A stretch of DNA of 64,000 bases from the IMG/VR virus record IMGVR_UViG_3300045988_154481; one strand, 5' to 3'. The notes beneath the pieces are model-generated. The model ran no database searches. It was not told the origin of the DNA and worked only from the letters and a program-made list of their open reading frames with translations. Each line of letters begins with the position of its first letter. The stretch's first letter is position 1. The position numbers and the translations under genes are program-made. Source of the stretch: a virus. Shown here piece by piece: positions 1-9,759 of this stretch.

Positions 1-1849
1 AAGGTCTAGATGCATGAGTTCATTCATGAACTTCTGTACTCTTACTATTATCAGAAGTGGTTATAGTTTTCTCTTTATGATTAGTCAGTCCTGTAATTTT
101 GCCTGGGAGTTTTCCTCTTTTAAAAGAGTATTTACTCATAGATGCAGATTGTCTAAAATAAGGATTTTCTATTAATCCAGGTATTGCCAATCATCCTGAA
201 TAAACAGAATTATTTTTAAGTTTATCCTTCCTCTGTGAAAGCCAATTATCAACTCATTTTCGAGTATCTGCCCCATCTTGAGCTTTAATAATTCCTCCAT
301 TACGTTCTGATACTACCTCATTTCCAAGAACACCTGCTCCAAGTATCGCAGGGACTCTTCTAAATAGTTTCAAAATGATATCCTTATTCTCTTTCCAGAA
401 GGTTTCTTTAGCTTGTAAAGCATTAGAGCTTGTAGTTGGATAAAACATATTAGCATCCCAACCTATATCAAAGATTTTTCTAGCTTCTGCTTCAGTTAAT
501 TCTGTAAAAGAAGATCTAATTCCAGCTTCTGCTTTGTAACTCATAATTTTGGAATAGATATCTTTAGCACTATTTTCCTGAGTCATTGCAGATAAGAATT
601 TCTTTGGAAACAATTCTTTCTCTGTATAAGATAATCCTCTTAATCCAAAATCATCTTTAGTTCCAACTAATTCTTGAAGAAGCTGCTTTGATGCAGCCTT
701 CTCTCCTGAACGTAAAGGATTTTGTGCTGCAGGATTTATTTCAAGAATTGTTTCTCCAGTCTTTGCATCTTTAAAGAATGCATAGTCATGTTTTGGATTC
801 CCCAATCTAACTTTAGAAATTTGTTTAGGAACCTCTAATCTTTCAGCTGCAGGAATACTTCCTTTATGAGCATTTCTTAACCATTTTAAAGCACCATGAA
901 AATATTTAGATAAATCATTTCCATAATGTTTATAAATTAAGTTAACCCCTTCTTCTGCAGCTTTTACTGTATTTTTAGCAACTTCAGATGTACCCACTAC
1001 TCCAGGCAGAACAGCTAGTCTGGCCGAATCTTCATCTTCTGTTGCTGAGTAATGGAATAAACCGTAAGGAGTAAATCCTGCTATAATATCAGCTGGAGCT
1101 GAATTTGCTCAACTACTTGAATTGTATGCAGTAGCAATATTGTCTCATTTCCTTCTAAGTCAAGATCTATTATCTGGCCTAATTTCTCCAGTCCCTCCTG
1201 CTTGAAATTTAAGAATTCCTCCATGCTTAGCAGAGGCTATTATTCTTTTTAAAGTATCTTCATACCTTGGGTCTGTTGCATAACCTCCTTTGGCCACTCT
1301 GTCTGCGAAACCAGCTATGTCTCCAGTAAAAGCCTTATATCTATTGTTATTAAGTAGAGAAATTTTATATTTTGCATAGTCTTCTAAAGAATCAAAATCT
1401 CTAAAACTATCATTAATATAAACATCTTTCCCATTAATAACTTCTCTTGTTCTTTTTACAGAGCCTTTTCCTTTAATACCTCCAAAATTGAATTTACCAG
1501 AAGGCTTAGTTCCTCAGGCAGATTCAAGTCCATCTTGTGCAACTAACGCTTTGGCATAGGCTGCATTTAAACCCATTTGAGAAAGGATTCTCTCATAAAT
1601 AGGTAACATAGTAGCCTTAAATTCATTCTTACTTTTAAATGAAGATGAAGTAGTATTTGCACTAATTGTATATGTAGGTTTTGATTCTTTCTCGGCTCTA
1701 GGTTTTTCTTCTGAAGTTTCAATACTATCAATTATAGGGGAGGCAACAGTTTGAGGTCTTGGTTCTTCCCTTTCTTCAGTGTTGAATCTGGGTAAATAAC
1801 CTTGGAGCTCATCTGGCTCTCTTGAAATTTTCCTATACCATGTTTTCAT
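1..1849 (-). CDS. Large protein with a GH73 glucosaminidase domain (tail lysin or peptidoglycan hydrolase). It is partial and runs off the window start. Several in-frame TGA codons are read as Trp.
   Basis: ORFs 254..997(-) and 1514..1849(-) are continuous when TGA is read through; I checked the codons down to position 2 and found no TAA or TAG. The motif FGGIKG...GGYATDPRYEDTLKRII is the FlgJ/GH73 signature. The start is the ATG at 1849..1847. Confidence 0.6.
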
Positions 1850-1905
1850 AATTACATTATTTGATCGCTACAAATATAGTTATAGTTCTATTTAAAACAA
1901 AATAA

Positions 1906-1931
1906 AAGCAGCCTTTTTATGAAGACTGCTT
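1906..1931 (-). terminator. Weak hairpin (aagcag/ctgctt) followed on the minus strand by a T-rich tract, between the M15 and GH73 genes.
   Basis: 6-bp stem with a 14-nt loop, then ttttattttgtttt on the minus strand. Confidence 0.25.
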
Positions 1932-1939
1932 TTAAGAGG

Positions 1940-2368
1940 CTATGCTTTGAAAAAATAGATTTTATTTCCCTTAGTATTTCCTATATCAATATGTAATCAT
2001 GTAATTTCTCCATTATTATCTCATTTTTCTACACGTATAGGATACTTAAGTTTATCTTGATTATTTTCGAGGATTTCTCGCATCTCTTTAGCGGTTAATT
2101 TAGCTGATATTAAATCAAAAGCTTGTCCTTTATAATGATAACCTGTAGGAGTTCCTACTCCACATCCAGGTTCTCTATAACCGCTGTAATTTCTAGAGCC
2201 TCCTGCAGCTCAATTGTTACATATAAGAGGGACATTTAGAATTTCTCTAACGTTCTCCAATGCTTCAAGAGCTTTTGGATCTAGAAATTTTATAGCATCA
2301 TCTCCATATTGATTATATATTTTAGATGATACTAATTCTTTTACTTGAAAGTATTTATTTGCTTGCAT
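1940..2368 (-). CDS. Peptidase M15 family protein (L-Ala-D-Glu or DD-peptidase-like endolysin), 142 aa, with three in-frame TGA.
   Basis: Manual minus-strand translation gives MQANKYFQVKELVSSKIYNQYGDDAIKFLDPKALEALENVREILNVPLICNNWAAGGSRNYSGYREPGCGVGTPTGYHYKGQAFDL...EKWDNNGEITWLHIDIG, and then a TAG stop at plus 1940-1942. The motifs H..G.A.D and WLHID match M15. Confidence 0.55.
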
Positions 2369-2399
2369 CTTTAGTTATGTGTATCAAATTTATAGGTGT

Positions 2400-2756
2400 A
2401 GCTTGAATCTGGACTTAAAGTACAATATTTTCATACATTATGGAGTACTTGATATTGTACCTGTCTGAGATGCCTCCTGCTTAATTACAAGATCCTCCAT
2501 TAAGAATGCAAATCCCCCCCCCCGATTTTGAAAAAATGATTTGTTTTATCATATATTTTTAGTTTTTGCTAAGTTAGAAAAAATTTTGGGAAAATACAAG
2601 AAATTGTGTAGGTATTGTGAGGGAGAGGACAGTTATCTTTTTTGGCCCCCTCCCGTTTTGTTTGGAAAATTGAAAATTTTTTGAGACTAATTTTATGGAG
2701 TTATATTTATACAAATATCTGGGAATAATCCCAATAACAACAAAACTCTCAAAACA
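2400..2756. promoter_or_regulatory. Divergent intergenic region between the minus-strand lysis genes and the plus-strand gene block. It contains a C10 homopolymer at 2514..2523.
   Basis: AT-rich, no ORF on either strand, flanked by oppositely oriented genes. Confidence 0.4.
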
Positions 2757-3323
2757 ATGGCAAAAATCATTTCATCCGTCAAAATTGACGAAACGGCGAT
2801 TTTCTTCACGTCGAACAGACCGACCGAAGGCACTAAAATCTTGTTTCTTTCGACCGAAGCCGCAAACGGCATTCTTACAGGTTACGACAAGAACGAGGAC
2901 GGTGCGGCAGTGTACGCAAACGGCATTCGTTGCATCCTTTGCGACGAAGTGGGTTTGCGTCCTTACGTTATCCCCGTCAACGATTTTATGGCGCAAAGTA
3001 CGGCGTTAATTAACAACAAATTCACGCCGCAGGACGGCCACACAATCACAAAACGCATCCGCACTTTTGGTACATCTGCTTTGCAGGAACTCGGCAATGC
3101 TTGTGCGGTTGCTGTTGTGGGTGCGACCTATCCCATGAAAGTCAAAAAGTTTACATCTGACGACACGTACAATTGGACGACGTTAGGAGTAGACGAAACA
3201 AAGGACACCTATAAATTGAAAGACGGCGTAATCACTTACGACAAGAAAACAATTACCCTTGAAGAGTGTGCCAAATTCTTCGAGGAACACCAGAAACGGC
3301 AGAACGACAGACTTAATAAATAG
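2757..3323 (+). CDS. Hypothetical protein (GC-rich gene, no in-frame TGA).
   Basis: 188-aa ORF ending in TAG. Local GC is about 50%, against about 33% elsewhere. The antisense ORF 2772..2996 has junk-like composition. Confidence 0.5.
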   Translation: MAKIISSVKIDETAIFFTSNRPTEGTKILFLSTEAANGILTGYDKNEDGAAVYANGIRCILCDEVGLRPYVIPVNDFMAQSTALINNKFTPQDGHTITKRIRTFGTSALQELGNACAVAVVGATYPMKVKKFTSDDTYNWTTLGVDETKDTYKLKDGVITYDKKTITLEECAKFFEEHQKRQNDRLNK

Positions 3324-3644
3324 CAATCGAGGGAGTGAGAAATCACTCCCTTTTAATATCTTTAAAACCATGAAAGACATTATCGACGAACCTTTCGAGG
3401 ATTTTTACGCAAATGCAGAAATTGCAGCGTTGAACGAGTGTGCAAACTCTCAAATCATTCAGTTTTAACCCCACAACAACGAAGAAAGGGCATTACGCCC
3501 TTTCTTTTTCTTATGAGGGTATGGAGTTATATTCCTACAAGTCTTTGGGCATCGTGGTATCATAGCCTCATATCATGTATATCCATTTAAAACAAAGCCC
3601 TTTTCCTGCCTAAAGTTGTAGACAATTTAAATTTAAGTTATAAA

Positions 3645-4274
3645 ATGGCAAAAGTACCTGTTCTTAAAATTAAGCAAGAGAACTTCAATGGCATCATGGC
3701 CAATCAGGAGTTCGCAACGCTCCGCATCCAGAATCAGCTGGGTGATCGTTTCTTCATTCCGAAGCCTGAAATGCTCCTCGTCGTAGGTTCGTCGATTCCT
3801 GCACTCGATCGTGATGGCAACACCATCAAGGACGAGAAGGGCAACGAGACGTATCGTTCGGTAGGTCAGCATTTCCCCGCAGTTCGTATCGTCGACGGCA
3901 AGCCGACGGAAGTTGTCGAGCTGTATGTCGGTCAGCTCGTGAAGCTGGACATCAACCGCAAGCTGGTCTTCCCTGGCATCCTTTCGGATTCTCTCCGTAA
4001 GGGTTCGGATGACTTCAAGAAGGCCATCTGCGGGAAGGTTCTGGAGATCACCGAAGAAACCGAATGCGACGATCGCGTCTGGGATGCGAACAACGCTCGC
4101 TGGATGCGCGATCCCGAGGATGACACGAAGTTCGTGTCGCAGAAGAAGCGTGCCTTCAAGTTCGAACCGAAGGCTTCGGCACTGAACGCCGCAGATACCG
4201 ACGAAGCATACAAGATGCTCGAACGGTATATCACCGAGATGTACTCGGAAATCGCTGAGACCGTTGAGAAATAG
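3645..4274 (+). CDS. Hypothetical protein (GC-rich, TGA-free).
   Basis: 209-aa ORF with protein-like composition and a TAG stop. The antisense ORFs 3633..4283 and 3932..4234 are Arg/Leu-rich artefacts. Confidence 0.55.
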   Translation: MAKVPVLKIKQENFNGIMANQEFATLRIQNQLGDRFFIPKPEMLLVVGSSIPALDRDGNTIKDEKGNETYRSVGQHFPAVRIVDGKPTEVVELYVGQLVKLDINRKLVFPGILSDSLRKGSDDFKKAICGKVLEITEETECDDRVWDANNARWMRDPEDDTKFVSQKKRAFKFEPKASALNAADTDEAYKMLERYITEMYSEIAETVEK

Positions 4275-4282
4275 TCTCATCA

Positions 4283-4353
4283 CTCTGAAAGGTAGATGTG
4301 ATTGACCGTATGTAATTACTTATTACGGTAAATATCGCATCTACCTTTCAGAG
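4283..4353. repeat. 16-bp perfect inverted repeat (CTCTGAAAGGTAGATG / CATCTACCTTTCAGAG) enclosing a smaller accgta/tacggt hairpin.
   Basis: Seen directly in sequence. There is no U-tract after it. Confidence 0.7.
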
Positions 4354-4533
4354 ATCCCAATTAAAGCATATACATATTGGGAACTAATTAAAACAAACAT
4401 CAAGATTAACGGAGAGTTTTGTTACATATTGCTACGGGCGATGTAAAGCTGGCTATGTTAAAACTCTCCCCTTAATGCAGCTTTAGCGGTGACAAGCCCG
4501 TGTAAATGCAGAGTCAAGGGTTTTGTTGTTATA

Positions 4534-4567
4534 GGGAGAGGCGTGAGAAACCTCTCCCAAATACTTT
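4534..4567 (+). terminator. GC hairpin gggagagg-N9-cctctccc followed by aaatactttt.
   Basis: 8-bp stem with a weak U tract. Confidence 0.3.
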
Positions 4568-4620
4568 TAAAATTATGGATACATTAGCACTTATTGGAGC
4601 TATTGCAGCGATTATAATCA

Positions 4621-4839
4621 TTGCATACTTACTTCGAGATTTTCTCGACAAACCTTGTAAGTTTTAAGCTTATGAAAGACACAATAAAAGCAGCTATGAA
4701 AGCTGCATTGGCAGATATGGGAGTATCTCAAGATAAATATCAAGCTCTTGAATTTTCTGTAAAAAGTTTACAGGAGATTCGAGAGAATGATGTAGTCATT
4801 CATAAAGAAACAACAGTAGCAATTAAAATAGTTCAGTAA
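4621..4839 (+). CDS. Hypothetical small protein.
   Basis: 72-aa ORF whose stop overlaps the ATGA start of the next gene. Confidence 0.35.
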   Translation: MHTYFEIFSTNLVSFKLMKDTIKAAMKAALADMGVSQDKYQALEFSVKSLQEIRENDVVIHKETTVAIKIVQ

Positions 4840-5174
4840 TGAATAAAAATCTAAGAATCCTTAAATGGATTTATACGGAGGGTTTAAAAGAAAACCCGAT
4901 GCCATATAAAGAGTTAGCTGAGCATTGTGGAGTATGTTCTGCCACAATTGCTTCTGTGGTTCGTAAGCTTGAGGCATTTGGAATTTTAAAGATTTCCGAT
5001 AAAGGTAAAAGAAACGCCAAGTATAAGTGGATCAGCTCTGTGCAACCGAATGAAAGTTTGGCTATCAGAGTAGGTAGAACTAAACTTACTACTATGAATT
5101 TTACTGATTTTGAAGATTCTCGGCTTATTCAGGAATTGAAGAGTCGTGGGTATGTAATCTTCAAAGAAGTATAA
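4839..5174 (+). CDS. Winged-helix DNA-binding protein (MarR-like HTH).
   Basis: The segment YKELAEHCGVCSATIASVVRKLEAFGIL is a typical helix-turn-helix. Confidence 0.45.
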   Translation: MNKNLRILKWIYTEGLKENPMPYKELAEHCGVCSATIASVVRKLEAFGILKISDKGKRNAKYKWISSVQPNESLAIRVGRTKLTTMNFTDFEDSRLIQELKSRGYVIFKEV

Positions 5175-5274
5175 AAATTGAAGAGTAAGGGAGAATTAAT
5201 CTTCCTTACTCTTCAATTTTAAATTCAACCGTTGTAGTTTTTTCTTCTTTGAGTTTATTAATTTCTTTCATAGC

Positions 5275-5919
5275 TCATTGAAGTTGTTTCTTTAGTTGCT
5301 CAATGTCTTCAGTATTCTTTTCTACTTTCTCATTTACATAAAGAACAGCTTGGCAAACTTTAGCCATGTCTATGGCCAAAACAGGTTTGTTATATCCAGC
5401 TTCATCTCTTTCATAAGATGTGAGTTCAGTTATAATATTTAGTTCTTTCATTTCTCTAGTTCTTCGTTTAATTGTACTTACAGAAGTGTTCATTGATGTC
5501 GCAAGTTCTTCTTGTGATTTAGCAACATAAGCATATTCTGTTACAGGATCTTTATAAGCTTGAGCTAAGTAACCCATAATATATCCTTTTGTTTCAGGGG
5601 TTCATTCAGTTTTGGATAAGAATTTTAGAGTTATCCTTTCAAAATCTTCTGTAAGTTTAGTGAACTCATAAACATTAGAATATTTTTTTTTCCTTGTAAC
5701 TTTAATTGCACTCTCTCTTTCTAAATTAGCAATGGCCTTTCTAATAGTTGGGAGTGAACATCCTGAATCTGCTTTAATAGTATCCATAGACGGCCAACAT
5801 TTGAAAGTTTCTTTATTCATATACTTTCTGATATGTGCATAAATATATCAGTCAAGTGCTTTTAAGTTCCATTTCGATGGATGTGGAACTTGTACGTGCT
5901 GTTTATTTGTATAGTCCAT
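5275..5919 (-). CDS. Replication initiator or organiser-like protein, with an N-terminal DnaD-like winged helix and a C-terminal HTH. Two in-frame TGA.
   Basis: ORFs 5275..5577(-) and 5602..5820(-) join through a TGA at plus 5599-5601. They extend upstream through another TGA to the ATG at 5919. The motifs are CWPSMDTIKADSGCSLPTIRKAIANLE and ELATSMNTSVSTIKRR. Confidence 0.55.
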
Positions 5920-5953
5920 ATTATTTGTATTTTTCTTGCAACAAAGATAGAGA

Positions 5954-6058
5954 AATTTTCTCTAAAATTAAAAATTTTCTCTAAAAATTTTCTGTCTGAG
6001 GGTCAAATCTTTCGGTCTGAGGGTCAATTTTTGGGGTCAAATTTTTCGGTATAGGGAT
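5954..6058. repeat. Iteron array: AAATTTTCTCTAAAA x2, then GGGTCAAAT-type repeats x4 (tctgagggtcaaat, tctgagggtcaattt, ggggtcaaattt, agggatcaaatt).
   Basis: Direct repeats at about 20-nt spacing, immediately upstream (on the minus strand) of the initiator-like gene. This is a candidate origin or operator. Confidence 0.55.
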
Positions 6059-6111
6059 CAAATTTTATACACTAACTATATAACCAACTAAACTCGCGTA
6101 ACTATATAATA

Positions 6112-6136
6112 GCGACCACCTTGCGGTGGGTCGCCG
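6112..6136. other. GC-rich hairpin gcgaccacc-ttgc-ggtgggtcgc next to the iterons.
   Basis: Near-perfect 9-bp stem with no U-tract. It could be an origin-associated structure. Confidence 0.3.
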
Positions 6137-6175
6137 AGATGTCCAATTTGGATTTTCGACCTCAAACTTGAAAAT

Positions 6176-6376
6176 ATGTCAGAGTATTCTGCAACAAATA
6201 TAACACAATCAGTACTTCCTAGTGATGATAAAAAGTATCCACTTAAAGAGAATTCTACTATAAATTGGAATATGGATATGTTAATGAGATATTTTGAGGG
6301 TGTGAAAAAGATGAAAGGTGCTAGAGGGGACAGTCAAATCCTTCCTTCCTCTCCAGAAACTTTCTCTCTTTCCTAA
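6176..6376 (+). CDS. Hypothetical small protein.
   Basis: 66-aa ORF. Confidence 0.3.
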   Translation: MSEYSATNITQSVLPSDDKKYPLKENSTINWNMDMLMRYFEGVKKMKGARGDSQILPSSPETFSLS

Positions 6377-6406
6377 ACTCAAAATTCATCTCTAATATCC
6401 TTCCAC

Positions 6407-6613
6407 ATGGTACTTATTCTCAATCCAAATACTAAAGAAGCTACAACTCTCAACCTTTCTGAATTTCAACTCTTCGTTGGAAATCGTCATCTCTCTATAA
6501 AAGATCTCTCTGGAGATCTCGTTATAGAAAACCTTCCAATTAATGAGAATAGAAACTCAAGAAAGCCTTTTCATGTTTCTACTCAACAATACAAATTACA
6601 AATATTCAAATAA
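6407..6613 (+). CDS. Hypothetical small protein.
   Basis: 68-aa ORF. Confidence 0.3.
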   Translation: MVLILNPNTKEATTLNLSEFQLFVGNRHLSIKDLSGDLVIENLPINENRNSRKPFHVSTQQYKLQIFK

Positions 6614-6615
6614 CT

Positions 6616-6852
6616 ATGCCTGTAGAAATGATCATCATGATGATCGGACTTGGACTGGGGAGCCATTTCAGGGATGCTCTGGAAAAGTCAGGTAAAGAGA
6701 CTTTTACCAAAGAAGATCTCATTCCGATCCATGCAAATGCAATCACAAGCTTCTGTGCGGATTTTCGGGACAAGAAAAAGGAAGAGGAGCAGAAATCCAA
6801 AGAGGCAGAGCTCTCGAAACTAGGAATTCTTCCTAAGTCTGGAATTTCGTAA
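6616..6852 (+). CDS. Hypothetical small protein.
   Basis: 78-aa ORF. Confidence 0.35.
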   Translation: MPVEMIIMMIGLGLGSHFRDALEKSGKETFTKEDLIPIHANAITSFCADFRDKKKEEEQKSKEAELSKLGILPKSGIS

Positions 6853-6864
6853 CATAAGGTAACA

Positions 6865-6889
6865 AAAATCCTATCATGACGATGTTAGG
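6865..6889 (+). promoter_or_regulatory. Conserved hairpin motif AAAATCCTATCATGACGATGTTAGG (copy 1 of 2).
   Basis: Imperfect palindrome cctatcat-gacg-atgttagg. A near-identical copy lies at 21268..21292. Confidence 0.4.
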
Positions 6890-7039
6890 TTGTGGTAGTT
6901 TCACACATTATAAAGGAAACTGAGTGTTTAGCTCCACTAAACTTGAGCAAGAGGTTATCACATAAGACCCGTAGACTGATGAATTCTAGAAAAGTGAGTT
7001 GTGGTAGTTATGCCCATCTTGACGAAGATAAAAATAGCA

Positions 7040-7098
7040 TTTGTGAACGGAAAAATTCGATTGCTTTGCAAGGTTGAAAACCCGTCCGTTCCTTTTTT
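7040..7098 (+). terminator. Long-range hairpin gaacgg...ccgttcc followed by T7.
   Basis: Stem plus ttttttt at 7092..7098, downstream of the small-gene cluster. Confidence 0.35.
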
Positions 7099-7137
7099 TG
7101 AAGCTTTTTAAGTTTAACAATATCTAAAATTGTACAC

Positions 7138-7380
7138 ATGGAATACAAAGCAATTTCCAAAAAGACGATGCGATCGAAGGATTTCAAAGCCCTTAAGGCA
7201 AAGAAACCTGGATATCGTATGCACGTTGCAACCACCGAGGACAATACGAAAGAAGTACTCTTTCGTACACCGCGTGGATTCTTTCTTCAAGATTCCTCTG
7301 AACCTGCAATCGAAATCTCTGTAACGCAGGCTCAAGCCTTCTACGACACGTACGGCATCCGAGTTGAAACAGGCTGGTAG
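7138..7380 (+). CDS. Hypothetical protein (GC-richer).
   Basis: 80-aa ORF. Confidence 0.4.
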   Translation: MEYKAISKKTMRSKDFKALKAKKPGYRMHVATTEDNTKEVLFRTPRGFFLQDSSEPAIEISVTQAQAFYDTYGIRVETGW

Positions 7381-7383
7381 ATA

Positions 7384-7533
7384 TGACCAGAGAAGAGCTC
7401 AAAGAAAGAGTATCAAAACTCATTCAAACATTAGAGAACGTTGAGAGATCTCTTCAGTTTACAAATATCCCTGTACACGTTCTCACCAACTACATCAAAG
7501 AAGAAACAAACATCGACATCACAAAAAACTAAA
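7384..7533 (+). CDS. Hypothetical small protein (49 aa, below the ORF track cutoff).
   Basis: ATG..TAA ORF MTREELKERVSKLIQTLENVERSLQFTNIP..., found by manual translation. Confidence 0.3.
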
Positions 7534-7539
7534 AAGATT

Positions 7540-7875
7540 ATGGCAAAGAAAGAAATCAAAAAGCAGACCATCGAAGAGATCCTCGCAGAGCACACTCCGA
7601 CCTCCGACGCCGTCAAGAGTGCAGTCCAGCGTTACAACGAAGAGAAGAAGAAGAAGCAGGAACAGATCATCATCGATACCCTCGGCGCCGTCGACTGTAT
7701 CGTCTCGGACCTCGTGGATAACCTTCGCAGGATCCGCGCAGAAGAGAAACGAGCTCAGCAGCGTATCCTCGACGTGACGGCGGCCAAGGAGGCCTACCTG
7801 GCAGATCCCGATCAGGAGGTTCTGGTCCAGGAGCTTCGTAAGGCAGGTGTCTGCTTTGCTCGTTACACCGAGTAA
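7540..7875 (+). CDS. Hypothetical protein (coiled-coil, GC-rich).
   Basis: The MAKKEIKK start lies inside ORF 7441..7875. The upstream part of that ORF overlaps the 7384 gene in another frame. Confidence 0.45.
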   Translation: MAKKEIKKQTIEEILAEHTPTSDAVKSAVQRYNEEKKKKQEQIIIDTLGAVDCIVSDLVDNLRRIRAEEKRAQQRILDVTAAKEAYLADPDQEVLVQELRKAGVCFARYTE

Positions 7876-8406
7876 CGGGAACTCGTCTAAGCGAGTCTAA
7901 ATAGGTCTTTAAGCTTAGAGCGTCTCTGGTCTTTATGACCAGAGGGTAGATGATAGAAATTTAGAATCATAGAAATTTTAAATTTCTTATAAATTTATTA
8001 TTATTATGTTGATATTAGCCCACCTAATTATTAAATGATATGGAAGAACTTTGAATTCGGAAATAGTTATAAAGGTGGGAATGGAGGATATGGGCCAGTT
8101 CCTTTGAGACAGTACCATATTCAAGTATGTTATCTAGTCAATAATATACTTCAGAGAAGGTTTTATACGCTCTGTTCCATTGTGCTATCAAGCCTTAACC
8201 CGACTTAAATTTAGTCTATGGGACTTTGATCGGTCCCATAGGCTCTTATGTGGTAGCGATTGCCGCGTTTTTCTTCAATTTTGTTCATAGTGTTATTACT
8301 CTCTTCGAAATTGCCACATTTTGCAAGATCTGAGGGTTTGGTTGCAATCCAAGAAGCAGAAGAAAGAAAATGGTTTTGTAAACTAAGTATTTCAAGCAAC
8401 AACGTT

Positions 8407-8481
8407 GCTCGGTTCGTCTAGTTGGCCTAGGACGCAGGATTTTCATTCCTGAAATCATGGGTTCGAATCCCATACCGAGTA
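8407..8481 (+). tRNA. tRNA-Glu(UUC)
   Basis: Manual cloverleaf: acceptor gctcggt/accgagt; Glu-type D-arm gtctagttggcctaggac; anticodon stem cagga/tcctg with loop ttTTCat; T-arm atggg-ttcgaat-cccat. No encoded CCA. Confidence 0.7.
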
Positions 8482-8620
8482 CAATTTAAAATTAAATAAA
8501 TGAAGTCTTTCCTCATAACGTATCTCTTCTACAATGAAGAAGGGATTCCGATTCAAAGTTCTCTTCCTGTTCTTGCTAAAGATGAATCTGATGCAAGAAA
8601 TACTATGAAGTTACTCGCAT

Positions 8621-8893
8621 TTGGGTGCATTGAAATCATATCAATTCAAAGAAATGGATAATGAAACTCTCGGAGGTTGCATGGGAGCAATCATTGGAAT
8701 TGTTGTAATTATCGCTATTGCAGCCTTCTTTATGAGCATTTTCATTTATTTGCTCTGGCCTGTAGTGATTCCCGCAGTATTTCCCAAACTTGTAGCAGAA
8801 GGTTACATTGTAGGTAAACTTTCACCTGCGCTCTCTTTAGGAGTTGCTATACTTTGTGCAAGTCTCTTTAAGGGAACTAGTTACAAAAATTAA
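8621..8893 (+). CDS. Small membrane protein.
   Basis: 90 aa with two hydrophobic helices. Confidence 0.4.
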   Translation: MGALKSYQFKEMDNETLGGCMGAIIGIVVIIAIAAFFMSIFIYLLWPVVIPAVFPKLVAEGYIVGKLSPALSLGVAILCASLFKGTSYKN

Positions 8894-8900
8894 AATTATT

Positions 8901-8974
8901 GGTGGTTTCATCTAGTTGCGTTAGGATACCAGAGTCTCATTCTGGAAACAGAGGTTGGAGTCCTCTAATCACTA
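8901..8974 (+). tRNA. tRNA-Glu(CUC)
   Basis: Acceptor ggtggtt/aatcact; D-arm atctagttgcgttaggat; anticodon stem ccaga/tctgg with loop gtCTCat; T-arm agagg-ttggagt-cctct. Confidence 0.65.
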
Positions 8975-9734
8975 CAAATGTTTAACAATATCACAAATTG
9001 TACTTATAACAAAAAATCTGTTCTCGAATCGCACTCCTTTTGAGAAGTGTTATCTCGTAGAAAACGTAAAACAGCTTTCGTTCATTCCTGGGAATCGTAA
9101 TCTCAGAATGGCTCATGTCAAAAGCATTTTCAAAGCCTTCCTTAACGGAGAGTGGATTCCTCCCGTGTTTGTCACTCCCAAAGGAGAGGTACTGGATGGT
9201 CAGCATCGTATCGCAGCATTTCGTATGCTGAAGGAGAAATACCCTGACAGCAAAGCAGCTCTTCCTGTGATGGTTGTTAATGCAGACGAATCAGCTCTGT
9301 TGTCGGCAATCAAGTTTAATTCGGAACATGCCAATTGGGTGATTGAGGACTACATGAGAGCGCATCTGGAGAAAGGTATTCATGGGTATGAGCAGCTTCG
9401 TGACTTTTTGAAGGCTTACCCTGAATTCGAAATCAAAGCTGCAATCCAGCTTATCAAGGGTAAGCACTCTACGAAAGAGTTCAAAGAAGGAGCTCTGAAA
9501 ATCTCTGACGAAGAGTACATGGAAGCTTCCAAAAAGGCTGCTGCTCTGTGTCTTATCTCAGTGAAACTCAACACCAAGGTTGTTTTCCGTCGGGATGTCG
9601 TGGTGGCATTCTACCGCGTATGGGATAAAATCTCCAATATCCAGACGTATGTCAAACGACTGAGTCTCTTCAAAATGCCGCTCACTGAACCCCGTAAGGA
9701 ATGGGAGAGAGCGTACGAGGACTTACTGCGATAA
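8955..9734 (+). CDS. ParB-like nuclease domain protein. The start is uncertain: the ORF-track ATG lies inside the tRNA 3' end.
   Basis: FIPGNRNLRMAHVKSI...GEVLDGQHRIAAF is the ParB/Srx motif. No in-frame ATG exists between 8975 and the conserved region. Confidence 0.55.
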   Translation: MESSNHYKCLTISQIVLITKNLFSNRTPFEKCYLVENVKQLSFIPGNRNLRMAHVKSIFKAFLNGEWIPPVFVTPKGEVLDGQHRIAAFRMLKEKYPDSKAALPVMVVNADESALLSAIKFNSEHANWVIEDYMRAHLEKGIHGYEQLRDFLKAYPEFEIKAAIQLIKGKHSTKEFKEGALKISDEEYMEASKKAAALCLISVKLNTKVVFRRDVVVAFYRVWDKISNIQTYVKRLSLFKMPLTEPRKEWERAYEDLLR

Positions 9735-9759
9735 GGCCTCTACAAGTTAATAAAGTTTT

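Noticed and set aside
2514-2523. The C10 homopolymer as a phase-variation switch.
   Set aside because: It lies in noncoding DNA with no adjacent frame to shift. Noted only as a possible promoter-spacing or sequencing-error-prone site.
2772-4283. Minus-strand ORFs 2772..2996, 3633..4283 and 3932..4234 antisense to the GC-rich plus-strand genes.
   Set aside because: Their Arg/Leu/Ser-rich composition is typical of antisense frames in GC-rich DNA. The plus-strand ORFs have good starts and protein-like composition.
5954-6058. A CRISPR array.
   Set aside because: The repeats are short (9-15 nt), heterogeneous and unevenly spaced without unique spacers. They fit iterons better.
8285-8473. ORFs overlapping tRNA genes: 8285..8473(-), 20251..20541(-), 21483..21776(+), 22553..22837(+) 5' part, 24480..24665(-), 32878 start, 11411..11674(-).
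   Set aside because: They are largely made of tRNA sequence or its complement, and the tRNA cloverleaves are well supported.
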